The notes below the pieces were generated by a model. The model had not been told where the DNA came from and ran no database searches. It saw nothing but the letters and a program-made list of their open reading frames with translations. The position numbers and the translations under genes are program-made. DNA of 64,000 nucleotides, taken from the NCBI GenBank assembly GCA_043721535.1, contig JAYSQO010000001.1:19626-83625 (forward strand). The letters run 5' to 3'. Below are positions 1 through 9,292 of this stretch, in pieces. Source of the stretch: Bdellovibrio sp. GTDB lineage: Bacteria > Bdellovibrionota > Bdellovibrionia > Bdellovibrionales > Bdellovibrionaceae. Numbering within the stretch: position 1 is the stretch's first letter; each line of letters begins with the position of its first letter.

Positions 1-385
1 CGAAGACGACATCAACAGCTACACCTGATATTCTTTTCTGCTCTTGTAGCGGGATACCTAACCGTTCAAAGGTTTTAATTAATTCAGGATCAATTTCATC
101 CATTGATTTTTTAGTATCGATTTTTTTCTTCGGTGCTGAATAATAAGTTAAATCTTGGAAGTTAATGGGTGGGTATTTCAGCTGTGCCCATTTATTTTCA
201 ACTAAAGATGGTTCTGTCAGTGTTAACCAATGTCTGTAGGCTTTTAGTCGATATTCAAGAACCCATTCAGGTTCATTTTTTTTAGCTGAAATAATTTTTA
301 ATATATCTTCATTAAGACCTTTGGGAATAGTCTCTGATTCTATATCTGTGGTAAATCCATACTTGTATTCGTAAGAATCAGACAT
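1..385 (-). CDS. sufB: Fe-S cluster assembly protein SufB, N-terminal part (runs off the left edge; absent from the ORF track)
   Basis: Hand translation from ATG at 385 gives MSDSYEYKYGFTTDIESETIPKGLNEDILKIISAKKNEPEWVLEYRLKAYRHW...IDPELIKTFERLGIPLQEQKRISGVAVDVVF, the typical SufB N-terminus. It is open to base 1 and overlaps the rrf2 stop by 8 nt. Confidence 0.95.
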   Translation of the reverse strand, partial: MSDSYEYKYGFTTDIESETIPKGLNEDILKIISAKKNEPEWVLEYRLKAYRHWLTLTEPSLVENKWAQLKYPPINFQDLTYYSAPKKKIDTKKSMDEIDPELIKTFERLGIPLQEQKRISGVAVDVVF

Positions 386-794
386 TGAGAACCTCAGCGA
401 TAGAAATAGACTTATAAAAATTTTGGACTTTTTGATTCAAATTCTGGACTGGTGAAATTATTGTGCATTTCGATAACAAATCGCATTCTTTATCAACACT
501 TAAACATTTCGCTAAATCAGCTGAGCCTTCGATCATCACAATTAAATCATGCATTGTAATCTGAGAAAGATTTTTTTCTAAACGGTAGCCACCTTGTGTG
601 CCATATTCGGCTTTTAATATTCCGCGTGAACTTAAAATTTGTAAAACGCGGGCCACAACTTCATACGGCGCATGAGTCATTTCCGCGATTTGTTTGGCAC
701 TAACAATCACGTCTTGAAGTGATTCCGAACGCTGATCATCAAAGTACTTCAGTGCCATCAATGCATATTCAAGTTTTTTGTTCATTGTGTTCAT
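378..794 (-). CDS. Rrf2-family transcriptional regulator (IscR/SUF-regulator-like)
   Basis: Winged-HTH with GxxGGYRL and three Cys (C-x6-C-x5-C) in the C-terminal half; directly upstream of sufB. Confidence 0.9.
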   Translation of the reverse strand: MNTMNKKLEYALMALKYFDDQRSESLQDVIVSAKQIAEMTHAPYEVVARVLQILSSRGILKAEYGTQGGYRLEKNLSQITMHDLIVMIEGSADLAKCLSVDKECDLLSKCTIISPVQNLNQKVQNFYKSISIAEVLNV

Positions 795-799
795 AGCTG

Positions 800-824
800 A
801 TATCCGACTAAATAAGTCGCCTTT
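800..824. promoter_or_regulatory. Putative Rrf2/IscR-type operator
   Basis: ATATCCGACTAAATAAGTCGCCTTT has a GACT-N5-AGTC core like the IscR type-1 site and lies 5 nt upstream of the rrf2 start. A second related dyad, ATACGATAGATTTAGTCGTAT, lies at 867-887. Confidence 0.6.
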
Positions 825-987
825 TGATCGTTTTTATACGCTTTTTTAAATGAAAGTCTAATGAAAATACGATAGATTTAGTCGTATATGGCTTTTTTAC
901 AAGCATTTTAGGTACTTAGAGATAAACAGATCAACACTTGACATGTTTTAGTGTGACTCTTTTTCGGTCTTTGAATAGATTCTGCCT

Positions 988-1758
988 ATGCGAATACTCA
1001 TTATTACGCTGGGAACAGCGGTCGTTTGTTTGATCATTTTCTTGATCCTTAAAATCTGGGGCGGGTCACAAACGTTTATCAACTATCCCCACCCGTTCTA
1101 TAATCAGACCAAAGCAACTGAAACTATTTTATTTGAAAAACCTAAATTCAGCCAAATTTCTGAAATTTTAAAAAATTCAAAAAATAATATCTATCTGGAT
1201 ATTGCAACAACTAAAGACGGCATCATTGTTATTCATGAAGTAAATAAATATCAAACGTCATCATTTAGAAATCAATATTTTAAGGATATTAAGGATATTG
1301 TTTTAAATTTGGCTGATTTTAAAAATGATCTTAAAAATCGAAAAATTATTTTTAATCTCACTGAAAATGCAATTGCAGGAGACAAAACCCTGATCGAAGA
1401 ATTTCAAAAAATTGGTCTTGATGATAAATCTGAAATTTTGATTTCTGCACCCTATGAAGTCATGTCAAAATCTCTTAAGGAATTAGCTCCGACTTATATC
1501 TTTGCGGCTTCACTGCCAGAAATTTTACGATTAAAGGCGATGGAATCTTTTTATTTGATCGAAACAGCTAGCCTACGTGCTGATGTGATCATTCATACGT
1601 TATACTATTATAAAAAATTATTTTTCACAGAAACTTTTATTCACGAAATCAAACGTCGAAATAAAAAAATGATTATAGGGCCTATTCCTCAGTCTGAATT
1701 TGAAGAGGCTTTAAAGCTAAAGCCCCTGGGGATTGTGGTTGAGTCTGCAGTTGAGTAG
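988..1758 (+). CDS. Membrane-anchored GDPD-like (glycerophosphodiester phosphodiesterase fold) protein, probably degenerate
   Basis: N-terminal TM helix; YLDIATTKDGIIVIH resembles the GDPD ExDVxxTKDGxxVxxHD motif. Confidence 0.55.
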   Translation: MRILIITLGTAVVCLIIFLILKIWGGSQTFINYPHPFYNQTKATETILFEKPKFSQISEILKNSKNNIYLDIATTKDGIIVIHEVNKYQTSSFRNQYFKDIKDIVLNLADFKNDLKNRKIIFNLTENAIAGDKTLIEEFQKIGLDDKSEILISAPYEVMSKSLKELAPTYIFAASLPEILRLKAMESFYLIETASLRADVIIHTLYYYKKLFFTETFIHEIKRRNKKMIIGPIPQSEFEEALKLKPLGIVVESAVE

Positions 1759-1847
1759 AAAATCCAGGTCTGTATTTTGGACGAAACTCTAGATTTTTTA
1801 ATAATCAGTTTGACATATATGTCTAAAATGGACGACAATTTAGACAT

Positions 1848-3008
1848 ATGATTAGTAGATTGGTTAAGTTATCAAAATCACAAAGCTTTTTTCTGTTTGG
1901 ACCACGCGGAAGTGGTAAGTCGACTCTATTGAAAAATCAATTTAGCAAGTCTGAGGTTCTATGGATAGATTTACTAAGCCAAAGAACTGAATTTGAATTA
2001 TCACAAGATCCAGATCATTTATTAGATATTTGGAAAATTAAAAAACCAAAGTGGATTATTATTGATGAGGTTCAAAAAATACCTCGATTATTAGACGTCG
2101 TACACAGAGGCATCGAAGAACATAAAATTCATTTTGCTCTAACTGGATCAAGTGCTAGAAAATTAAAGCGTGGCGGAGCCAACTTGCTTGCTGGCCGCGC
2201 AATTGAAAAACAAGTTTTTCCGTTCTGTTCTTTTGAACTGGCAGAGCAGTTTGATTTACACAAGTCTTTAGAAATTGGGCTTTTACCTAAGCTGTGGGAT
2301 GAAACAAATTTATCAAAAAATGATCAAACTGATTTTTTATTTTCATATGTAAATACTTATCTAAAAGAAGAAATAGCTGCTGAACAACTTGTTCGAAGTC
2401 TTGATCCTTTCAGACGATTTTTGATCGCAGCTGCTCAGTCAAATTCAAAAATTGTTAATTATTCAAAAATTGAAAGAGATGCCGGAGTTTCGCAACATCA
2501 AGCCTCAAGACACTTCGAAATTCTTGTTGACACTTTAATTGGCTTTTACTTAGAACCATTTGCTCATTCCCCGCGAAAACGTAAAACTCAGCACAGTAAA
2601 TTTTATTTTTTTGATACGGGAGTAGTTAGAGCTTTACAAAACAGAGCCGGTGAAGTTTTAACTGAATCAAGTTATGAATATGGTGATTTATTTGAAACAT
2701 TCATAGTGAATGAATTTATAAAACTACGGTCTGCACTGAATTTAAGATGGAATTTTTCATATCTTAGAACACATGGTGATCAGGAGATTGATTTGGTTGT
2801 TGAAAAACCAAAGGGTTTGCCAATTCTTATTGAAATTAAATCAACAACTCAAATTCAAAAAGGTGAAATTAAATCTTTCATTCGGTTAGCAAAAGATATT
2901 AAACACAGTCAGACATATTGGCTTTCAAATTCAAAAGATGAAATTGAAGTTGAAGGTGTCCGATGTTTACATTGGCAAAAAGGATTGGAAGAGATATTTA
3001 GTTTATAA
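1848..3008 (+). CDS. AAA_14 ATPase with C-terminal DUF4143 (PD-(D/E)xK-like) domain, copy 1
   Basis: Walker A GPRGSGKS, Walker B IIIDEVQ, LTGSS, KFYFFDTG, C-terminal EIDLVV...IEIKS. Confidence 0.9.
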   Translation: MISRLVKLSKSQSFFLFGPRGSGKSTLLKNQFSKSEVLWIDLLSQRTEFELSQDPDHLLDIWKIKKPKWIIIDEVQKIPRLLDVVHRGIEEHKIHFALTGSSARKLKRGGANLLAGRAIEKQVFPFCSFELAEQFDLHKSLEIGLLPKLWDETNLSKNDQTDFLFSYVNTYLKEEIAAEQLVRSLDPFRRFLIAAAQSNSKIVNYSKIERDAGVSQHQASRHFEILVDTLIGFYLEPFAHSPRKRKTQHSKFYFFDTGVVRALQNRAGEVLTESSYEYGDLFETFIVNEFIKLRSALNLRWNFSYLRTHGDQEIDLVVEKPKGLPILIEIKSTTQIQKGEIKSFIRLAKDIKHSQTYWLSNSKDEIEVEGVRCLHWQKGLEEIFSL

Positions 3009-3154
3009 ACCCACAGACTCTATACATTGACCAACTTTGCTAAAGTCATTGACCAGTTTTTAAAAATACAGCTAAGTCCTCGAAATATTTATATAAAATT
3101 GAATAAATCATTCCAATTTGTCAATTACGGACTGTCAGTCCGTAATTGACAAAT

Positions 3155-3539
3155 ATGTGGATTCTTAGGGATATTTCAAATTTTATTGCAAAAAACAATG
3201 ATTCGATTCAAATCATTCGTGGTCCTCGACAATGTGGGAAATCAAGCCTAATTCTGCATCTAGATCCTGAGTTTAAAGAGATCTCATTAGATGATCCTTC
3301 TTTAAGATCTCTTGCGCAAAGCGATCCTGAATTATTCCTGAAGTAATTTAGTTCAGAAAAACTTTATTTTTGTCGAAGCCAAAGTGAGCTCACAAAAAAT
3401 ACAAGATTTAAATTCTTTTCCTGAAGTTAAAAAAGTATTCAAAAATAATTTGCCTCAGACAATTATGTGTCATCAAGAAGGTGAGCACATTTTATCTGGC
3501 AATGTACCTATAGCAAAATTAAAAGATTTTTTATTGTAG
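3155..3539 (+). pseudogene. Internally deleted AAA_14/DUF4143 gene, copy 2
   Basis: 3155-3346 encodes the N-terminus with Walker A GPRQCGKS and stops. A different frame (about 3342-3539) encodes LVQKNFIFVEAKVSSQKIQD...PIAKLKDFLL*, the family's C-terminal ExK segment. The middle of the gene is missing. Confidence 0.8.
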
Positions 3540-3552
3540 GACTAATTTCATG

Positions 3553-4701
3553 CTAAAACGAACACTGATCACCAAATTTTGATCTCACAAAATCGCGGGC
3601 TTCGCTGATATTGGCTAAATAATTTTGATCATATAAAACTGCATACTGAGCAAAAGTCATTTTTTTGATTTTAGCTTTTTTAATAGCTGCTCTGGCTGCT
3701 GGCAAAAGTTTTAGATCTGATCTAATTTGCGATAAATTTGCCCAGAGGTTTAAATCATCTGCTGTCACATCTTGGCCGGCTTTCTGACGATTCTCTAAAT
3801 AACCATCAAGCAATCTGAGTGTTCCTGTTTTTCCGCGGTTGTAGGCAAAGTACACAAGTTGTTCGATGATTTCGTCATTAATAATTTCTTGAAGCTGTGG
3901 TCTTAGTTGAATCAACTGTTCTTTAAAAAAGATTTGATCACGCAAAGTATGCAAGTAATGCATCAAAAAACCTCTGTAAGGATTTTGAGGCAGTGCTATC
4001 ATCGAACATCTTTTTTCTAAACTGAAACTATCTAGATCCAGTTTTCCCATTGTGCTAGCTATGCGCTGACAGGCCGGATTTGAACTTTCTAAAAGAATTT
4101 TTCTGGTGCGATCAATCAGATTTCTTTCTGTGACCCGATGGATTCCATTTTTAGTAAACTGAGCCACACCAGAATCAAATCCTGTTTTATTAATGGCGTT
4201 AATGTGAAAACCACTTTCGATCATAATTTGTAAAAATGAATTTTTTGGGTCTAAATTAAAGCAATTTTTAACATCATGATAAGCATTGTACACAAGATTC
4301 GTGTAGTTTTCTGTTAAGCAAGCTCTAGGTGCACCTATTTCAGGTTTTGCGTCCTCATTTTTACAGTAGGCAAAAGTGCCTCTGAAATTTTTCTGCGCAA
4401 ACTGAATGCACTGAATGGGAATGGACTTATCCCAATCGTCAATATGATCTTTTAATAAATCAAATGGCAGTTCTTGAATCTTATCTTCAATGTACATTTT
4501 ACTTTTCTGGTGACAGATTTCGTAGTTTGGTCGTTTTTCATGAAGTTTTTGCGCCAAATTAGAAAGTCTTTTTTGTGACCCTGTCACCGCTGCAGGTACG
4601 CGTGATTGTTCATTTGACTTATGTGCGCAGTGAATCAATGTCAGCATAGCACATAGTGAAAAAATAATAGCTTTCATATTGATTGATTTTCTAATCTTCA
4701 C
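3553..4701 (-). CDS. Putative lipoprotein with a lytic transglycosylase (SLT-like) domain; likely start at 4677
   Basis: IMIESGF (catalytic Glu-Ser motif), SGVAQFT (GxxQ motif) and FAYNRG (AYNxG motif); signal peptide ending LIHCA. Confidence 0.7.
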   Translation of the reverse strand: MKIRKSINMKAIIFSLCAMLTLIHCAHKSNEQSRVPAAVTGSQKRLSNLAQKLHEKRPNYEICHQKSKMYIEDKIQELPFDLLKDHIDDWDKSIPIQCIQFAQKNFRGTFAYCKNEDAKPEIGAPRACLTENYTNLVYNAYHDVKNCFNLDPKNSFLQIMIESGFHINAINKTGFDSGVAQFTKNGIHRVTERNLIDRTRKILLESSNPACQRIASTMGKLDLDSFSLEKRCSMIALPQNPYRGFLMHYLHTLRDQIFFKEQLIQLRPQLQEIINDEIIEQLVYFAYNRGKTGTLRLLDGYLENRQKAGQDVTADDLNLWANLSQIRSDLKLLPAARAAIKKAKIKKMTFAQYAVLYDQNYLANISEARDFVRSKFGDQCSF

Positions 4702-4713
4702 TAAACTGCCTTT

Positions 4714-5502
4714 ATGAAAAAAATAAATACCGCTTCAATCATTATAGCACTATTTTCTGGAACTCAAACCCTTGCCGCTGCACCTCTGGCCCAGACCAAC
4801 GTCGGGCTAAAAGCAGCAGGCTTAGATGCAGTTCTACAAGCCAGCCTTATTGTTCAAATTGTTATGCTGATTTTAATCAGTTTATCAATTTTATGTTGGG
4901 CTATAGCCTGGTCAAAACATCAAGACTTCAATGCTGTTAAGAAAGCTAATGAAATTTTTGATCATGTTTTTTGGAAGTCTTCATCGCTTGATGAATTGAA
5001 TGAAAAGATTGATTCATTTAAAGATTCTTCACACGCCAGGGTTTTTAAATCGGCTTACATTGAAATGAAAAAGTTAGCTGAATCACCAATGTTGAATAAA
5101 AATATTAATAATGATTCTGAACCGCCGTTACTATCTGGTGTTGATAATTTAGAACGTGCCATGAGAAAAGCAATTGAGAATGAACTATCAGGCCTTGAAA
5201 CACGCCTGACTGTGTTGGCATCGACTGGATCAACAGGGCCTTTCATTGGATTATTCGGAACAGTTTGGGGAATTATGAATTCATTTCATAAAATTGGCCA
5301 AACAGGGTCTGCTAGTCTTGCCGCAGTGGCGCCAGGTATTTCTGAAGCCCTCATAGCAACGGCGATTGGTTTAGCGGCCGCTATTCCTGCAGTTATTATT
5401 TATAATCACTTTGTTGCAGAAATTAAAAAAGAAGAAACGCATCTTAATAATTTTGCCTCTGATTTTTTAAACATTGTAAAAAGAAATTTCTTCAGAGGTT
5501 AA
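4714..5502 (+). CDS. tolQ: TolQ (MotA/TolQ/ExbB family)
   Basis: LASTGSTGPFIGLFGTVWGIMNSF...VAPGISEALIATAIGLAAAIPA; first gene of tolQRAB. Confidence 0.93.
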   Translation: MKKINTASIIIALFSGTQTLAAAPLAQTNVGLKAAGLDAVLQASLIVQIVMLILISLSILCWAIAWSKHQDFNAVKKANEIFDHVFWKSSSLDELNEKIDSFKDSSHARVFKSAYIEMKKLAESPMLNKNINNDSEPPLLSGVDNLERAMRKAIENELSGLETRLTVLASTGSTGPFIGLFGTVWGIMNSFHKIGQTGSASLAAVAPGISEALIATAIGLAAAIPAVIIYNHFVAEIKKEETHLNNFASDFLNIVKRNFFRG

Positions 5503-5505
5503 TTT

Positions 5506-5922
5506 ATGGGAATGCAAACCTCTGGTTCACGCAGTTCTAAAGTGGCTATTAGTGAAATCAATGTAACACCATTTGTTGATGTGATGTTGGTTTTACTTGT
5601 GATTTTCATGGTCACAGCCCCTATGATGCAACAAGGCCTTGATGTTGATTTACCAAAAACATCTTCTGCAGGTATTGCATTAAATGAAGATCCTTTCGTT
5701 GTATCAATCGATGCCTCTGGTAAAATTAAAATTTCAGATACAGTGATATTGATGACTGATTTAAAAACTAAATTAACTGCTATTTTTGAAACCAAAAAAA
5801 ATAAACAAATTTATATTCAAGCCGACAAAAAAGTTGACTACGGTGTCGTTGCAGAAGTTATGGGCGAAGCCCGTGCCGCAGGTATTTACAATCTTAGCCT
5901 TATAACTATACCTAAGGATTAA
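5506..5922 (+). CDS. tolR: TolR (ExbD/TolR family)
   Basis: EINVTPFVDVMLVLLVIFMVTAP; ADKKVDYGVV. Confidence 0.95.
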   Translation: MGMQTSGSRSSKVAISEINVTPFVDVMLVLLVIFMVTAPMMQQGLDVDLPKTSSAGIALNEDPFVVSIDASGKIKISDTVILMTDLKTKLTAIFETKKNKQIYIQADKKVDYGVVAEVMGEARAAGIYNLSLITIPKD

Positions 5923-5923
5923 A

Positions 5924-6655
5924 TTGAACTTTAAAAAAGGTGTTTACTTTTCATTTATTGCTCATGTCGCAGTCATTTTATTTATGATAGTGAAAGTCAC
6001 TTTGTTTCCCGCGCAGGAAATTAATTTTGCAGAAGCTATACGTGTCGATATGGTCGGTTTGCCCGAAAAATACGATTCAAATACCTTGCCTGAAAAACTT
6101 GAAGACCCTAAAAAGCCAGAGGAAAAAAAATTACCTGAAAAAATAACTGAAAAATCTAAAGTTGATGAAAAGAAAGAAAAAGTTCCTGACACAATTAAAA
6201 TAGATAAGACCAAAAACAAACAGAAAGAAGCTTTAGATAAATTAAAAAAAATGTCAGCTATCGAAAAAATAAAACAAGATGTACAAAATGAAGAAAAACG
6301 TAAACAGGAAAATGAAAAATTAATCAAAGGCCAAGTCATTTCTAAAGGCACAGCCCTAACGGGGTTAGCTAAGATTCAATCTAATGAATACTTATCTAGA
6401 TTAGATCAAAGAATTAAAACAAATTGGCAATTACCCCAGTGGCTCATCGGAAAACCTTTAAAAACTAAAATACTTTTAAAAATCAAGCCTAATGGTGAAA
6501 TAGCTGATCGACAAATTTATCAAAGTTCTGGAAACCCCACTTACGACGAGTACAGTTTATTAGCTGTCGACAAATCAGCGCCTTTTCCGCCAGTTCCAGA
6601 AAAATTCACTGAAGTTTTTAAAGAAGATGGTGTTATTATAGGGTTCCCTGAATAG
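5924..6655 (+). CDS. tolA: TolA/TonB-type energy transducer
   Basis: N-terminal TM helix with SxxxH, a K/E-rich linker and a TonB_C-like domain (SSGNPTYDEYSLLAV...PFPP), located between tolR and tolB. Confidence 0.85.
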   Translation: MNFKKGVYFSFIAHVAVILFMIVKVTLFPAQEINFAEAIRVDMVGLPEKYDSNTLPEKLEDPKKPEEKKLPEKITEKSKVDEKKEKVPDTIKIDKTKNKQKEALDKLKKMSAIEKIKQDVQNEEKRKQENEKLIKGQVISKGTALTGLAKIQSNEYLSRLDQRIKTNWQLPQWLIGKPLKTKILLKIKPNGEIADRQIYQSSGNPTYDEYSLLAVDKSAPFPPVPEKFTEVFKEDGVIIGFPE

Positions 6656-6663
6656 GAGTTATC

Positions 6664-8028
6664 ATGAAATCAGTTTTAATTTTTATATTAAGTTCTTTAT
6701 TATTTGTTAGCGCACAAGCCCAACAGGCTTACATCAAAATTGGCGAAGCTCAGTCTAAGAAAAGTAATTTAGCTTTTCCTCCGATGAATAATTTAAGTGG
6801 TGTAAAAACAAGTCAACATGTGACATTGGCCACTGAAATTTTTAACACAGCTAAAAAAGATTTAGAATTGTCGACTTATTTTAATGTGATGTCTCAAGCT
6901 GCTTTTTTAGAAAATACAACAACTCTGTCGATTAAACCAAAATCTAATGACAGTAATGGTTTTGGTTTTGAAACATGGAAGGCTATCGGCGCTGATTTTT
7001 TAATTCGGTCATCAATTTCTGTCGTTAATACCGATATGACCGTTGAAATGTTTTTATACCAAGTTGATCAGTCAAAAACTGTCATCGGTAAAAAATATCA
7101 AGCTAAAACTGATTCAACTGTTAAAATCGGACACATTTTAGCCAACGATATTTTAGAAGCCCTAACTGGCAAGCGCGGTGCTTTTTTATCTAAAATTATT
7201 GCGACCACTGATCGCACTGGGCACAAAGAAGTTTTAACTATGAACTGGGATGGGTTAGAGCAAAAAGTCATTACCCGCGATCGTAGCGTAGCTATTTCGC
7301 CCAATTGGTCACCTGATGGAAATAGTATTATTTATTCAATTTACACCAGACGAATTAGATCAGCACAAATGAATTTAACTTTGTTCCAGCATAATTTAAA
7401 TACAGGCAAGCGATCAATTATTTCTAACCGTAACGGGTTAAATTCAGGTGGTACATATTCTCCGGATGGACGATCTATTTATTTAACTATTTCACAAAAT
7501 GGCGCTCCAGATATTTATAAATTAAATTTACAAGGCGAAGTCATAAACCGTTTAACGAAAGGCCCTGCAGGTGCCATGAACGTCGAAGCAGCCCTTTCAA
7601 AGGATGGTTCAAAGGTTGCCTTCTCATCAGATCGTGGCGGTAACCCAACTATTTATTCGATGAATGCTGATGGCAGTGGCGTTAAAAGATTAACTTTCCA
7701 AGGTAAATATAATTCGTCTCCGACATGGTCACCCGACGGGCAAAAAATTGTTTTTGCCAGCCAGATTGATAAATATTTTGATATCTTTAGCATGAACAGT
7801 GATGGTTCAGATTTAAAACGCCTGACAACGGCTAATAAACCCAACGGTCAACGCGCTAGCAACGAAGATCCCAGCTTTTCTGCTGATGGACGATTTATCG
7901 TTTTTACCAGCAATCGTAGTGGTAAATTTCAGGTTTATGTAATGAGTTCAGATGGCAAAGAAGAACGCCGTGTCACGCAAGATTCTTATAACTATTATAA
8001 ACCTAAATGGTCGAATAATCTGGAGTAA
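6664..8028 (+). CDS. tolB: TolB beta-propeller protein
   Basis: Signal peptide, TolB_N domain and PD40 repeats (SPNWSPDG, PTWSPDG, PSFSADG). Confidence 0.95.
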   Translation: MKSVLIFILSSLLFVSAQAQQAYIKIGEAQSKKSNLAFPPMNNLSGVKTSQHVTLATEIFNTAKKDLELSTYFNVMSQAAFLENTTTLSIKPKSNDSNGFGFETWKAIGADFLIRSSISVVNTDMTVEMFLYQVDQSKTVIGKKYQAKTDSTVKIGHILANDILEALTGKRGAFLSKIIATTDRTGHKEVLTMNWDGLEQKVITRDRSVAISPNWSPDGNSIIYSIYTRRIRSAQMNLTLFQHNLNTGKRSIISNRNGLNSGGTYSPDGRSIYLTISQNGAPDIYKLNLQGEVINRLTKGPAGAMNVEAALSKDGSKVAFSSDRGGNPTIYSMNADGSGVKRLTFQGKYNSSPTWSPDGQKIVFASQIDKYFDIFSMNSDGSDLKRLTTANKPNGQRASNEDPSFSADGRFIVFTSNRSGKFQVYVMSSDGKEERRVTQDSYNYYKPKWSNNLE

Positions 8029-8098
8029 AAATAAGCATTTAACAGCTTATAGCAGACAGTCTTGACGTGACTGATAGGCTTTTATATTTCTATAAGCT

Positions 8099-8752
8099 AT
8101 GAAAAAAAATAACCAAACTGCTAAAGCGTCTAAACCTGTTCAACTTATACTTTGGATTTACTTACTGGCTTTTGTTTTAATGACATGGTCATTTCAGTCT
8201 CGTGCAAATCTAAATCAAAACCCAGTTGTTGAAATGAAAACTTCAATGGGTCAAATAAAAATTCAACTATTTAAAACTGAAGCCCCTATTTCGACAGAAA
8301 ACTTTTTAAAATATGTCGACAAAAAATTCTACGACGGCGTGATTTTTCACCGAGTGATTAAAGGATTTATGATTCAGGGCGGTGGTTTTTTACCTGACAT
8401 GACAGAAAAACCAACTTTATTTTCTAATATCAAAAATGAAGCTAAAAATGGTTTATCAAATAAACGTGGGACATTAGCAATGGCTCGCACAAATGAAGTT
8501 GATTCAGCTTCAGCACAGTTCTATATCAACGTTGTTGATAATGTGATGCTTGATTACAAATCTCAGGATCAATTCGGTTACGCAGTTTTCGGTGAAGTGA
8601 TTGAAGGCATGGACGTTGTTGATAAAATCAGAGCAGTATCAACGACAACTAAAAATGGTTTTTCAGATGTTCCTGAAAAAACTGTAAAAATTGAATCTAT
8701 ACGTTTAGCAAAAAATTCAGACAAAACAAAATCTAAAAAAGGGCTTAAATAA
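8099..8752 (+). CDS. ppiA: Periplasmic cyclophilin-type peptidyl-prolyl isomerase (PpiA-like)
   Basis: [42 protein letters not shown]; N-terminal export signal. Confidence 0.85.
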   Translation: MKKNNQTAKASKPVQLILWIYLLAFVLMTWSFQSRANLNQNPVVEMKTSMGQIKIQLFKTEAPISTENFLKYVDKKFYDGVIFHRVIKGFMIQGGGFLPDMTEKPTLFSNIKNEAKNGLSNKRGTLAMARTNEVDSASAQFYINVVDNVMLDYKSQDQFGYAVFGEVIEGMDVVDKIRAVSTTTKNGFSDVPEKTVKIESIRLAKNSDKTKSKKGLK

Positions 8753-9255
8753 TGATCGCACAATTCGAGACTAACAAAGGTACTTTTAAAGTTAAACTTT
8801 TCAATGATAAGGCTCCTAAAACTGTTGAAAATTTTGTTTCCTTAGCAGAAGGCACAAAAGAATTTACTGATCCAAAAACAAACAAACCTGCAAAAAAACC
8901 TTTCTATAACGGTTTAGCTTTCCACCGTATTATCAAAGATTTTATGATTCAAGGTGGTTGCCCACTAGGTACAGGCACTGGTGGCCCAGGTTACCGTTTT
9001 GAAGACGAATTTCATCCAGAATTAAAACATAGTAAGCCAGGTCTTTTATCAATGGCCAATGCAGGCCCTAACACAAACGGCAGTCAGTTTTTTATCACAA
9101 CTGTTCCCACACCATGGTTAGACAACAGACACACAATCTTTGGTGAAATTTCTGAAGGCTACGATATTGTTGATGCTATCGGAAAAGCAAAAACTGGTCC
9201 GATGGATCGCCCTGTTGATCCCATCGTTATTGAAAAAGTGACTATTCTAAAATAA
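8752..9255 (+). CDS. Cytoplasmic cyclophilin-type peptidyl-prolyl isomerase
   Basis: [46 protein letters not shown]. Confidence 0.95.
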   Translation: MIAQFETNKGTFKVKLFNDKAPKTVENFVSLAEGTKEFTDPKTNKPAKKPFYNGLAFHRIIKDFMIQGGCPLGTGTGGPGYRFEDEFHPELKHSKPGLLSMANAGPNTNGSQFFITTVPTPWLDNRHTIFGEISEGYDIVDAIGKAKTGPMDRPVDPIVIEKVTILK

Positions 9256-9272
9256 GGGTGCCTGGCACCTTT
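9254..9272 (+). terminator. Possible short terminator hairpin after the cyclophilins
   Basis: AAG-GGTGCC-T-GGCACC-TTT between convergent genes; the loop is tight and the U-tract short. Confidence 0.35.
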
Positions 9273-9292
9273 AGACTTAGAGCATTACAAAG

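Noticed and set aside
8028-8099. Absence of pal after tolB as a sign of a novel Tol system
   Set aside because: pal is often encoded elsewhere, and this cannot be judged from one window.
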